Assembly (NCBI GenBank): GCA_964611895.1
Contig: CAZTDN010000019.1
Coordinates: 577-64,576, forward strand
Source of the DNA: an uncultured Pseudobdellovibrionaceae bacterium
GTDB lineage: Bacteria > Bdellovibrionota > FAC87 > UBA2466
Length of the DNA stretch: 64,000 nt
Reading direction: 5' to 3'
Shown: piece after piece, positions 8,793 to 18,352 of the stretch
How positions within the stretch are numbered: position 1 is the first letter of the stretch
Layout: every line of letters begins with the position of its first letter
Program-made: the position numbers and the translations under genes
Notes under the pieces: model-generated
Seen by the model: only the letters and a program-made list of their open reading frames with translations
Databases searched by the model: none
Told to the model about the DNA's origin: nothing

Positions 8793-9551
8793 ATGTTCTT
8801 GAGTGACTTCCATGTCCACTCGACGTTTAGCGACGGGAAACTGACGATTTCTCAACTCGTGGATATGTACGGCAGACAGGGGTTTGGAGCGATAGCCATC
8901 ACGGACCATCTGTGCGAAGAACGCACCGTCATCGGAAAAGCCGCCGCCTACATTGGGTGCTCGCTCACCCGGAGCAACTACGCACAGTACCTCTCCACCA
9001 TTCAGCAAGAAGCAGAACGAGCGTGGGAGCTGTATCAAATGGTGGTTCTGCCGGGGTACGAATTGACGAAGAATAGCCTTTCCAATCACCGTTCCGCCCA
9101 TGTCCTTGGACTGGGTGTAACGCAATACCTCCCTGCGGATGGAGATATTGTGGCCCTCGCTCGGCATATTCGTGCGCAAGGAGCGGTGGCGGTTGCAGCG
9201 CACCCCGTCTGGACTCGGGTGGTGGAAAGGCAGACCTATTACCTTTGGGATAGGCGAGATGAGTTAGAGGCAGAGTTTGACGCGTGGGAAGTCGCGAGCG
9301 GTCCTTATTGGTTTGAGGAGGTTGCTGCGACTCGATTGCCGAAGCTTGCGACCTCTGATTTGCACCAACCCAGGCAATTCACTTCTTGGAAAACCGTTTT
9401 GGATTGCGAGAAACACCCCGAAGCGATCTTGGATGCGATTCGCAGACAGGAGGTCAGCTTTCGCTTTTTCCAGGCGCCCGTTTCTTTTTTCAGGGACGTT
9501 GCTGCTGGGGTTGCTTCTAACACTTGGAGATCAGAGGCTAAAACAGCCTAG
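8793..9551 (+). CDS. PHP-domain metal-dependent phosphoesterase
   Basis: N-terminal FLSDFHVHSTFSDGKLTISQLVDMYGRQGFGAIAITDHL is the canonical PHP motif (HxH, D, H). Confidence 0.7.
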   Translation: MFLSDFHVHSTFSDGKLTISQLVDMYGRQGFGAIAITDHLCEERTVIGKAAAYIGCSLTRSNYAQYLSTIQQEAERAWELYQMVVLPGYELTKNSLSNHRSAHVLGLGVTQYLPADGDIVALARHIRAQGAVAVAAHPVWTRVVERQTYYLWDRRDELEAEFDAWEVASGPYWFEEVAATRLPKLATSDLHQPRQFTSWKTVLDCEKHPEAILDAIRRQEVSFRFFQAPVSFFRDVAAGVASNTWRSEAKTA

Positions 9552-9610
9552 TTGGGGCCGCTTTGACACCGGTTGGCCAATAGAAGCGGCTTCTGGCATA
9601 CTCCCGCGCT

Positions 9611-11713
9611 ATGCAAAAGATTCGGCAACTGCCGACGCTACCTTCTTTGCTCGCCCAACCAGGCATGCCCTTGATTCATAGGGATATTAGCTGGCTGCAT
9701 TTCAACGAACGGGTTTTGGACGAAGCTCGCCCATCGAGTGGCAATCCCTTGATTGAACGCGCGAAGTTTCTTGCGATCAGTAGCAGCAATTTAGACGAGT
9801 TTTTTATGATCCGTGTGGCTTCCATGAGCCGCAAACTTCGATCTCAAAACCGGATTTCTAAATGGAGGTCTGCCCATTCTCCACATCTGATAGGAGTGTG
9901 GAATTCGGTTTTGGAAACCGTGGCTAAATTTGGAGTAAAACAAACCGAAGTCTTAGAAATGCTGGTCCCAGAACTCAGGGCCCATGGCATCCATCTAGTG
10001 ACCAGCTCCTTGGACAATGAACTCACCGCAAACCTCGGTCGCGAAGTTTTTGAAACAGAGGTTCTGCCAAAACTAGCTCCGCCGGAGACTTTTGAACTCT
10101 CCAAGCTTTTAACGTTGCCTAACCTGAAGACGGCCGTGATTTTTCCGGACAAGCTGTGGTTTGCGGTGCCCCCGGGTCTGCCCTTCTTGCTCTCCGCTGT
10201 GCGCGGAAATGATAGGTATTATTTTTTCTTAGATGACTTGCTGGAAAGCTTCATGGGGCCCACCTTCGGTTTGCAAGGCAGGGTGGGCCTGGTGCGATTG
10301 ACTCGCGATGCGGACATTTCCGTGGATATCGCCGAAGAAGATCCTGAGTCTTTGCCCGACGTGGTTTTATCCCGACTCCTGTCTCGCGAAAAAGGCGTGC
10401 CGATGCGTCTGCAGTACCGCGGGCATCTCACTGACGATTTGCTTACACAGATGGCGGACGTGCTTAAGCTGCGTCCTCAGCAGGTATTGCCTGCAGCCGG
10501 AAGCTTGGTGCTGCAATCCCTTTGGGCGCTAGTAAAAGAAATGTCCCTGGATCGTGCGTCCGATCCCCAGCTTGTTTACGCTCCCTTGCATGCCCCACTC
10601 CCCGCATTTTTTGGCGATCGCTCCAAGATCTTTGAAAAGCTGAAGTCCCAGGATTACCTGCTTCATCACCCCTACGATCCTTTCGATGCATTTGTGGAGT
10701 TTACGCGCGCTGCAGCAGAGGACCCTCAAGTCGAGATGTTGGAACAGACGATCTATCGGATGGATGATGCCTCTCCCATCGTTGGCGTACTAAAAGAAGC
10801 CGCGTCCCGTGGAAAGAAAGTCCGAGTCATCATTGAGCTGCGTGCGCGATTTGACGAATATAATAATCTGCGCCTGGCGGATGAGTTGCGCAAGGGAGGG
10901 GTTGAAGTCGCCTACGGCTTTGGTGCCCTCAAGCTTCATGCGAAGGTAACCTTGGTCACCCGCAACGAAGGCGGGATTTCTCGACGTTATACCCACCTAT
11001 CCACGGGAAATTACAATGCCACGACAGCACGTCAGTATACCGATCTGGCGGTGCTGACCTCGAACGAGGAAATTGGAAACGATGCGCGCAAATTCCTCGA
11101 TGCTGCATGGGCAGGCAAACTCCCCAGCGCTTTCAAACGTCTGTTATCCGCGCCCACGGGGTTGCACCGCAAGCTTGTCAATTTGATCGAAGGCGAAATT
11201 CAGGCAGCCAAAAATGGCCTCAAGACCCGTATCGTCGCAAAAGTGAATGCTTTGGTGGACGAGAGTGTGATTCAAGCTCTGTATACTGCTTCACAAGCGG
11301 GGGTAAAAATCGATCTAATCGTCCGTGGTGCTTGTTCATTAATACCGGGTGTGCCCGGTCTTAGTGAGAATATTCAGGTCGTCAGTGTGGTAGATCGGTT
11401 CCTGGAACACAGTCGATTGTATTATTTCGAGAGCGCGGGAGTGTTGTATTTGTCGAGTGCTGATTGCATGCCGAGAAATTTTTTTTCGAGGCTGGAGTTA
11501 GCATTCCCAATCTTAGATCCAAAAATTTACCGCTATATTGAGCAAGTGGTGATTCCTGCCTATTTGAGAGACAACTCTAAGGCGCGGGAATTGACGCCTC
11601 AAGGTACTTGGAAAAAGCGCGTACGTCGATCCTCTGCGGAAAAAGCGCGTTCTCAAATGGTTTTTGAGAAGCTGGCGCGGGAGGCCTATCAAGGGACTAC
11701 TCTCGAAAGATGA
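9611..11713 (+). CDS. ppk: polyphosphate kinase 1
   Basis: ISWLHFNERVLDEA N-terminus, two PLD-like HxK motifs (KLHAKVTLV; RFLEHSRLYYFE), and PPK1 length. ATG 9665 (MPLIHRD...) is an alternative start. Confidence 0.9.
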   Translation: MQKIRQLPTLPSLLAQPGMPLIHRDISWLHFNERVLDEARPSSGNPLIERAKFLAISSSNLDEFFMIRVASMSRKLRSQNRISKWRSAHSPHLIGVWNSVLETVAKFGVKQTEVLEMLVPELRAHGIHLVTSSLDNELTANLGREVFETEVLPKLAPPETFELSKLLTLPNLKTAVIFPDKLWFAVPPGLPFLLSAVRGNDRYYFFLDDLLESFMGPTFGLQGRVGLVRLTRDADISVDIAEEDPESLPDVVLSRLLSREKGVPMRLQYRGHLTDDLLTQMADVLKLRPQQVLPAAGSLVLQSLWALVKEMSLDRASDPQLVYAPLHAPLPAFFGDRSKIFEKLKSQDYLLHHPYDPFDAFVEFTRAAAEDPQVEMLEQTIYRMDDASPIVGVLKEAASRGKKVRVIIELRARFDEYNNLRLADELRKGGVEVAYGFGALKLHAKVTLVTRNEGGISRRYTHLSTGNYNATTARQYTDLAVLTSNEEIGNDARKFLDAAWAGKLPSAFKRLLSAPTGLHRKLVNLIEGEIQAAKNGLKTRIVAKVNALVDESVIQALYTASQAGVKIDLIVRGACSLIPGVPGLSENIQVVSVVDRFLEHSRLYYFESAGVLYLSSADCMPRNFFSRLELAFPILDPKIYRYIEQVVIPAYLRDNSKARELTPQGTWKKRVRRSSAEKARSQMVFEKLAREAYQGTTLER

Positions 11714-12189
11714 AAGATCGTATTTTGATTTTAGTTCGACACGCACACCGAGATACCGACAAGGGCCGGGATCGAGACAATGGTCTAAGCGATCGCGGCA
11801 AGGTGCAGGCAAAGTCGGTTGCTCGGTTTTTTTTGGAACGCTTTGATGTTGCAACGCCTGTTCTATTGTCTAGCCCCAAAATTCGCTGTATCGAGACTTT
11901 GCTTCCCCTTAGCGACAAACTTGGAGTCGAGGTACAGGTGGTCGACCTGCTTAAAGAGCAAGCGGGCACTCAGAAAGAGTTTGATCGGCAAATTGAGAAA
12001 TTTTTCCGGTGGTGGAAACAGCGCGCCCCAGAAACAGTGGTGGTATGTTCGCATGGCGATTGGATTCCGCGTTTTGCTAAAAAAGTGTTTGGGTTGGAGA
12101 TAGAATTAAAAAAAGGCGGATGGATGGAGGTAGAAAGCTCTGGCGGGGCGATCCGTCTCCGTTGGCTATTGCAAAAACTACCGCGTTAA
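11710..12189 (+). CDS. histidine phosphatase superfamily protein, SixA-like phosphohistidine phosphatase
   Basis: ILILVRHAHRDTDKG (RHG-type catalytic His), LSDRGKVQA, CSHGDWIP. Size (159 aa) matches SixA. ATG overlaps the ppk stop (ATGA). Confidence 0.65.
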   Translation: MKDRILILVRHAHRDTDKGRDRDNGLSDRGKVQAKSVARFFLERFDVATPVLLSSPKIRCIETLLPLSDKLGVEVQVVDLLKEQAGTQKEFDRQIEKFFRWWKQRAPETVVVCSHGDWIPRFAKKVFGLEIELKKGGWMEVESSGGAIRLRWLLQKLPR

Positions 12190-13698
12190 AGTGATCAGGT
12201 TGCGCCGGAACACTTTCTCAAAAAGCGCCTTTTTTTGTTGAATCTTGAGTAGGGCAAGCTCAGTGGAGTCTCCACGACTCAGCCAAAACCGAACGGTTTT
12301 CGAGCGGATTTCTACACGCTCAGGCTCAACGCGCTTGGGTTTTGCATAGTCGAAACAATCAATCAACCTCAATAGTGCTAGAAGCTTCACAAACGCGGCG
12401 CCCTTGCTCTTGTTCTCCCCACTTTGGAATGGCAGCTTTCCAGTGCCGGACTTTCCATTCGTATGCCAAAAGCAAAGTTCTGCGACAAAATCGGTTTCCC
12501 AAGCCTCCGCTAGCGGAAGTTCCGCGTGTTGAACGATATAGGCGGAATGGGCTTCATATCCAGAGGGAGATACACTTCTCCCGGAGTTTCGAAACATGAC
12601 TGCCAAAGCAAGGTAGGCAAACCACTTGTCATCGAGTTTGTGCAGCGGGCGAAGTTTTCTAAATAGCCGTAGAGAAGCGCCGACGAGCCACCTCAAACGC
12701 GCTGGCTCTTCGCCAAACCGGACCGACTTTTCGAGAAAAGGTTCCAGGTCCCATCGGTCATTTTTCGGAGCGGGTTTGATCATTCTCAGCTGTTGATCCA
12801 AAATCCCATCTCTCAGGGAATATTCCGTTGAAGTGGCCGACTCCGCGCCTAAAGCACGCAAGGTTTCCGCTAAGACTACTGTCCCAGCTAGCATGAGATC
12901 CGCGCGACGGGGATCCATGCCCGGGAGGGACTGAATCTGTTTTATCGTCAATGGGGTCATGGTTCGAATGAGCTTTTCGAGCCATTTGGGAGTAATGTCC
13001 TTGCCCGTGTTTCGATTGCACATGCGATCGAGGGCCCGCGCGGTTCCGCTGGATGCGATGACCGATTTTGTTTTTGGCCAGTCGTTGTTCTTGATCGCTG
13101 TTTTGAGCAGGGTGCGGACATGGCCGCGTAGGTGTTTGACGGCTTCTTTGCCGTCTTCAGGGGGGATGGTTCGTAAAAAGATTTGTTGTAGCCTCGCGAC
13201 CCCAAGGGGGAAACTTTCGCTCACCACGAGCTTGTTGCCGCGGCAAACACTCACTTCGGTGCTGCCTCCCCCGATATCCACTAGTCCAAAAAAACCTTTG
13301 GGAGGTTTTTCGCGGTTTAAAATAGCGTCTGCAATCAAGGTGGCTTCTTCGCGGCCCGAAATGATGTGAACATCCATTCGCAGTGTTTTGCGTATTTTGA
13401 CAATGAGATCTTCAGCGTCGCTTGCATCTCGCAGCGCGCTGGTGGCGAAAGCGATGATTTTTTCTGTTTTTAGTTCTTCGGCGCGCTTTTTGAACGTGGA
13501 CAGGGCTTGCAGGGTGCGTCGGGAGGCCTTGGGGTCTAATTTGCCCGAGATAAAGACATTTTCACCCAACCTAACCATGAGCTTTTCTCGATGCAAGAGG
13601 CGGGTCTTATCTCGAGCGAGGGTTTCATGGACATCAAACCGGACTGAGTTCGTCCCTAAATCAATAATCGCAAAGCGTTTTTTCTTCCATTTTGCCAA
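12178..13698 (-). CDS. ppx: exopolyphosphatase / guanosine pentaphosphate phosphohydrolase (Ppx/GppA family)
   Basis: FAIIDLGTNSVRFDV, VDIGGGSTEV, ASSGTARAL actin-like ATPase motifs of Ppx/GppA. 506 aa. Confidence 0.85.
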   Translation of the reverse strand: MAKWKKKRFAIIDLGTNSVRFDVHETLARDKTRLLHREKLMVRLGENVFISGKLDPKASRRTLQALSTFKKRAEELKTEKIIAFATSALRDASDAEDLIVKIRKTLRMDVHIISGREEATLIADAILNREKPPKGFFGLVDIGGGSTEVSVCRGNKLVVSESFPLGVARLQQIFLRTIPPEDGKEAVKHLRGHVRTLLKTAIKNNDWPKTKSVIASSGTARALDRMCNRNTGKDITPKWLEKLIRTMTPLTIKQIQSLPGMDPRRADLMLAGTVVLAETLRALGAESATSTEYSLRDGILDQQLRMIKPAPKNDRWDLEPFLEKSVRFGEEPARLRWLVGASLRLFRKLRPLHKLDDKWFAYLALAVMFRNSGRSVSPSGYEAHSAYIVQHAELPLAEAWETDFVAELCFWHTNGKSGTGKLPFQSGENKSKGAAFVKLLALLRLIDCFDYAKPKRVEPERVEIRSKTVRFWLSRGDSTELALLKIQQKKALFEKVFRRNLITLTR

Positions 13699-13807
13699 GC
13701 GGCCCCACCCACCCGTTGTAATCTATTTTTAGTTCAAATTAAAATAAAACAAAAAAAGTTTGCGCTCACGCCAGTCCGGTCTGGTAAAAGGAGAGTACGA
13801 CTAATTT

Positions 13808-14710
13808 GTGCGTCCGTTTTGTGTGCCTGTTGTGTGTAAGAGGGACTTCAGATTGAGAAAAGGCCGGCCCAGTCTTAAAAGAGTGATTTCGCAGTACCTG
13901 TCGTATGCCGCTGTGCACAAGTTTCTCAGGTCCTTTCAACCTAAAATCCGTATCCATTTTGAGAAGGGCGGCTTTACGGTAAAAACCGTTGAAGGTTGGA
14001 CAGAGCTTGAACAGGTGCTTCGTCTTCGCCACGAAGTGTTCCACGAAGAGTTTATTGGTCAGCGCCTACCGCTTGGTTTGGATTTTGATCGTTATGATGC
14101 TCAAGGAGATCACCTTGTCATCATCGATCGCGAAGCTGGCAAAATCGTTGGAACCTACCGTTTGATCTGCTCTCGATTTGCTCAGGATTTCTATTCAGCC
14201 TCTGAGTTCCACTTAGACGCATTTTTGCAGCAGGATGGGGTGAAACTGGAATTAAGCCGCGCGTGTATCCACAAAGATTACCGCGATGGGGTTGTGATTT
14301 CGCTGCTCTGGCGCGGATTGGTTCAGTACATCCAACAAAGCCAGGCGGCCTTTTTGTTTGGATGTGCCAGTATTCGAAGTATGGATGTCGCGGAAGTTCA
14401 AACTCTGTATGGCTATCTGGGCGCAAAAGACTTTCTTTCCAACAATTTTGGAATTGGACCCGTTCCAGCGTATCAAATGCCGGGTTGGAGTTCTCCAACT
14501 CCCTCTTCGGTAGGGGATGAGGCAGGCAAACATCTGGTGCCGCCCTTGTTGAATTCCTATCTGCGAGCGGGGGCCAAGGTATACGGAGCGCCCGCACTCG
14601 ACACCGCTTTTCGGTGCGTGGATCTCTTTACCGTGCTGAAAATGGACAAGATAACACCTTTGTTCGAACGGCGTTATCAGACGGGTGAACCCACAAACCC
14701 GCAGTCGTAA
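13808..14710 (+). CDS. GNAT-like N-acyltransferase, OlsB/hemolysin-like family (putative ornithine/amino-acid lipid N-acyltransferase)
   Basis: LRLRHEVFHEEF...GDHLVIIDREAGKIVGTYRLI...LELSRACIHKDYRDGVVISLLWRGL pattern of Acetyltransf_5/OlsB family. True start may be downstream of 13808. Confidence 0.55.
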   Translation: MRPFCVPVVCKRDFRLRKGRPSLKRVISQYLSYAAVHKFLRSFQPKIRIHFEKGGFTVKTVEGWTELEQVLRLRHEVFHEEFIGQRLPLGLDFDRYDAQGDHLVIIDREAGKIVGTYRLICSRFAQDFYSASEFHLDAFLQQDGVKLELSRACIHKDYRDGVVISLLWRGLVQYIQQSQAAFLFGCASIRSMDVAEVQTLYGYLGAKDFLSNNFGIGPVPAYQMPGWSSPTPSSVGDEAGKHLVPPLLNSYLRAGAKVYGAPALDTAFRCVDLFTVLKMDKITPLFERRYQTGEPTNPQS

Positions 14711-14814
14711 TTAAGGAATTATCTTCACAGTTTTTTTCCCTGGCTTGAGTTCGTTAAGCGAATAACGCCACGCACCGATATGTAAATGGTACCGTTGCCA
14801 TAGGAGAGAACCGC

Positions 14815-15849
14815 TTGAAACCAGCCATGATGAGTCGTCTGCCCGAGCTCATTGAGCTGGAGCGCCTTCTCGATGAAATAGGCAACCGATCACGCGTAAA
14901 GGTATTAGGTCAGATTCATCACCAGGAACTTTCTTTTCCGCTCTATTCGGTCGCCATCGGGTCGAGCGATCCGGCCGCACCGACATTGGGCCTGTTTGGT
15001 GGAGTGCATGGACTAGAGCGGATCGGTACTCAAGTCCTTTTGTCGTATCTGCGCACGGTTTCCGAGTTAATGCGTTGGGACCATGCGATCGCCGCATTGC
15101 TAGAAAGATCCAAGCTCGTTTTTTTCCCCTTGGTAAATCCTGGCGGGATGTATTTGCTCTCGCGCGCCAATCCCAATGGGGTGGATCTCATGCGAAATGC
15201 GCCAGTCCACGCGGATAAAATGCCCGCCATGGCATTGTTCGGTGGGCATCGCATTTCTCCCAAGCTCCCTTGGTATCGAGGGCCCGCTGGAGCCCCCATG
15301 GAAGCCGAGGCCGTTGCAATCTGTGAACTTGTGCGGCAGGAGCTATTTCCCTCAAAAGTGTCCATAGCACTTGATGTGCACTCCGGTTTTGGAACCCGGG
15401 ATCGAGTGTGGTTTCCGTATGCTCGCACTCGAAAGCCATTTCCACATGTCACCGAGGTATTTTCGCTCAAGCAGATGTTGGACCGGACCTACCCTAATCA
15501 TGTCTACATAGTGGAACCTCAGTCTAAGCAGTACATGACTCACGGAGATATTTGGGACTATCTCTACGATGAGCAGCGTAAAAACGAAAATAATGGTTTC
15601 TTTCTCCCGCTGACCTTGGAAATGGGTTCGTGGGTTTGGGCTAAAAAGGACCTGCGGCAGATTTTTTCGGTGCTGGGAGCATTCAATCCTATGAAGCCAC
15701 ACCGGTTGCAACGCACGCTCCGAAGGCATTTGTTGTTTTTGGATTTTTTGCACCGCGCGGTTTTGTCGCCTCAAGAATGGGTTTCCCAGGCAAAAGAAAA
15801 AAAAGATCCTCTTCGTCGACGCGCGCTAGAGCTTTGGTATACACCGTAG
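14815..15849 (+). CDS. M14-family zinc carboxypeptidase-like protein (succinylglutamate desuccinylase/aspartoacylase-like, DUF2817-like)
   Basis: GGVHGLERIG (HxxE zinc ligands), LVNPGG, ALDVHSG (third His ligand) arranged as in M14/AstE-AspA enzymes. Confidence 0.5.
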   Translation: MKPAMMSRLPELIELERLLDEIGNRSRVKVLGQIHHQELSFPLYSVAIGSSDPAAPTLGLFGGVHGLERIGTQVLLSYLRTVSELMRWDHAIAALLERSKLVFFPLVNPGGMYLLSRANPNGVDLMRNAPVHADKMPAMALFGGHRISPKLPWYRGPAGAPMEAEAVAICELVRQELFPSKVSIALDVHSGFGTRDRVWFPYARTRKPFPHVTEVFSLKQMLDRTYPNHVYIVEPQSKQYMTHGDIWDYLYDEQRKNENNGFFLPLTLEMGSWVWAKKDLRQIFSVLGAFNPMKPHRLQRTLRRHLLFLDFLHRAVLSPQEWVSQAKEKKDPLRRRALELWYTP

Positions 15850-15855
15850 TGAACC

Positions 15856-16647
15856 ATGAAAAACCAGTCCACAAATTGGGTGTTTCTGCGCGGCCTATCT
15901 CGCGAAGCCGCCCATTGGGCAGAATTTCCCCGACTCTTTGAGGAAAAGTTCCCCGGGGCCAAGGCGATGGCAATAGATTTGCCAGGAAATGGCGAGTTTC
16001 ACGCGCAGAACACGCCCACTTCTTTGATTGGGATTGTGGAGCATGTCCGCGAAACCTGGTCAAAACGCAATCCCACTCCTGGCTCTCCGGTGCATTTGTT
16101 CGGAATGTCGCTGGGGGCCATGGTGAGTTTGCAGTGGATGCAACGTTATCCCGGCGAAATCGCATCAAGCGTCTTGATCAACACCAGCCTGCGGGGGTTC
16201 AGTCCTTTTTATGAAAGGATGTCTCCCAGCGCCTATGGTCTCCTTTTGCGTGTTTTTATCGAGTCAGATACCCGATCCAGGGAAGAGCTGATTTTGCGGT
16301 TGACCAGTCAGAAAAAAGACTGGGACGAGAATGAGCTCCGACAACGGGTAAAGATCCAAGAAAAGCATCCCGTGAGCAAGTGGAACGCAATTCGTCAGAT
16401 TGGAGCGGCGCTTTCTACTGTCGATTCAAACCAGCGCCCACCGCAACCCGTGTTGATTTTAAACAGTTTGGGTGATTTGTTGGTGCATCCCAAATGCTCG
16501 CAGGCCATTGCAAAAGCTTGGAGCGCGCCGATTGAGCGGCATGCCTGGGCGGGGCACGACCTAGTCTTGGACGATCCCCAGTGGACGTTAGAATCGCTGG
16601 CAAAATGGTACGGATATTTAACTAACCAAAACTCAATAGACGAATAA
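15856..16647 (+). CDS. alpha/beta-fold hydrolase
   Basis: Nucleophile elbow GMSLGAM, plus C-terminal WAGHDL region containing a His consistent with a catalytic His. Confidence 0.65.
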   Translation: MKNQSTNWVFLRGLSREAAHWAEFPRLFEEKFPGAKAMAIDLPGNGEFHAQNTPTSLIGIVEHVRETWSKRNPTPGSPVHLFGMSLGAMVSLQWMQRYPGEIASSVLINTSLRGFSPFYERMSPSAYGLLLRVFIESDTRSREELILRLTSQKKDWDENELRQRVKIQEKHPVSKWNAIRQIGAALSTVDSNQRPPQPVLILNSLGDLLVHPKCSQAIAKAWSAPIERHAWAGHDLVLDDPQWTLESLAKWYGYLTNQNSIDE

Positions 16648-16671
16648 ACTCCAATCGCCCAAAATGGGCGC

Positions 16672-18291
16672 ATGGATTTCACCACGCGTCGGCAGTTCTT
16701 GGTCTATCTGGGGATGGGCACCTATTCTTTATTGCGTTCCAGTTCTGGAATGGCTTCGGCGGCATTCCCCTTGGCGCGATCGAAGGCGAGTAATGGTCGA
16801 TTTAAGCCCATTCCCTCTAGCGTAAGTGATGAATTGATTTTGGCTCCCGGGTTTCGTTTCGATCGCATTGCGTCGTACGGGGACTCCCTGGGAAGCTTCG
16901 GGCCCTTTGGGGCTGAGCATTTTGGTTATGACAACGATTTTACTGCGTACTTTCCGATCGACGCACTAAGCGGTGGAAAAAAATCCGACCATGGTTTGCT
17001 CTGGGTCAATCATGAGTTTGTTTCGCCCTTTTTCCTGCATGGGGTTGCGGGGAATGCAGCGCGATCAGTGGATCGAATTCGCCAAGAGCAGCTCGCAGTG
17101 GGAGGGTCTGTGCTCGAGGTAAAAAGGAAGAACGGGAAATGGTCTTCGGTTGTTGGGTCGAGCTTTGCGCGTCGGTTTACGGCGCTTTACCCGCGATTTC
17201 AGGTCACAGGGCCTGCCACCGGGAGATTGGGCGAGCTTTCTGGAACTCTTGCAAACTGTTCTGGGGGGCGGACATTTTGGAATACCGCGCTTTCTGGCGA
17301 AGAAAACTTTCAACTCTTCAACCCTGCTCAGTCCGATAGCCTTAACTGGGCGCAGCATTCCCAGACAAAGATCCAAGAAGAGCACTTTGGGTGGATTGTC
17401 GAAATCGATCCTTTTGGGGAGTTGCCGCCCAAAAAACACACTTCATTGGGAAGGTTCTGTCATGAAAATGCCTCCCTTCGTTTGGGTGAATCGGGGCGGC
17501 TCGCTGTTTATATGGGGGACGATTCGGCGGATCAGTATTTTTATAAATACCTAAGCCGAGAAAAGTATCTGCCTAGCGCCAGTCGAGCCGTTTCCAGTGC
17601 TCTATTGGAGAATGGTGTTTTGTACGTCGCTGATTTTCGAAAAGGGCAGTGGGTACCATTGGATTTGCAGGCAAACCCCGCGCTCAAATCGGCGGGTTTC
17701 AAGTCTCAAGCGGAGGTTTTATTACGAACACGCGACGCAGCCAAAGCTGTCGGCGCAACACCTTTAGATCGCCCTGAAGATTGTGAAGTGCACCCCCGCG
17801 ATGGGAGTGTCTATCTTTCATTGACCAATAATGCGGGGCATGGGGATTTCCACGGAAAAATAATCCGCCTGGTGGAAAAGGACGACAACGCGGAGTCGTT
17901 AGAGTTTCGGTACGAAATTTTTTTGGCGGGAGGACCTCAGTCAGGACTAAGCTGTCCTGATAATCTGGTTTTTGATTCCAAAGGCAATCTTTGGGTGACT
18001 TGCGATGTGCCGGGCTACGCCATCGGGAAGGGTGCCTACAGTCAAGTGGGGAACAACGGGATGTTCATGATCCCCACTTCGGGGCGTTCAATGGGGGACG
18101 CTTTCCAGTTCGCTTCGGGTCCGGTGGGGGCAGAGCTGACCGGGCCAGGGTTTAATGAAAGTCAGGACACTCTCTTTCTTTCGGTCCAGCATCCGGGGGA
18201 GGGCAGCACTGACAGAGCCCATCCTACCAGTCATTGGCCGAGGGGAAAGGATCTTCCCTTGCCTTCAGTGGTCGCGATTACGGGGTTCTAA
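16672..18291 (+). CDS. Tat-secreted PhoX-family (DUF839) phosphatase
   Basis: Twin-arginine signal TRRQFLVYLGMG, then FGPFGAEHFGYDNDFTAY...GLLWVNHEF and a beta-propeller-like C-half, as in PhoX alkaline phosphatases. Sits directly upstream of pstS. Confidence 0.6.
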   Translation: MDFTTRRQFLVYLGMGTYSLLRSSSGMASAAFPLARSKASNGRFKPIPSSVSDELILAPGFRFDRIASYGDSLGSFGPFGAEHFGYDNDFTAYFPIDALSGGKKSDHGLLWVNHEFVSPFFLHGVAGNAARSVDRIRQEQLAVGGSVLEVKRKNGKWSSVVGSSFARRFTALYPRFQVTGPATGRLGELSGTLANCSGGRTFWNTALSGEENFQLFNPAQSDSLNWAQHSQTKIQEEHFGWIVEIDPFGELPPKKHTSLGRFCHENASLRLGESGRLAVYMGDDSADQYFYKYLSREKYLPSASRAVSSALLENGVLYVADFRKGQWVPLDLQANPALKSAGFKSQAEVLLRTRDAAKAVGATPLDRPEDCEVHPRDGSVYLSLTNNAGHGDFHGKIIRLVEKDDNAESLEFRYEIFLAGGPQSGLSCPDNLVFDSKGNLWVTCDVPGYAIGKGAYSQVGNNGMFMIPTSGRSMGDAFQFASGPVGAELTGPGFNESQDTLFLSVQHPGEGSTDRAHPTSHWPRGKDLPLPSVVAITGF

Positions 18292-18352
18292 TCAAAATCT
18301 AACACGACAGGTAGTCCACATTGGGTTAAATCCCAGCACTCGGAGGACCGCT

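Noticed and set aside
9570-9610. TGGCAT-N11-GCTAT upstream of ppk that looked like a sigma-54 -24/-12 element
   Set aside because: Spacing between GG and GC is 11, not the obligatory 10, and the -12 region lacks TTGC. Not called.
15030-16168. Overlapping minus-strand ORFs of 140-159 aa (15030-15470, 15352-15774, 15689-16168)
   Set aside because: All are antisense to the M14-like and alpha/beta-hydrolase genes, which have recognisable catalytic motifs on the + strand.
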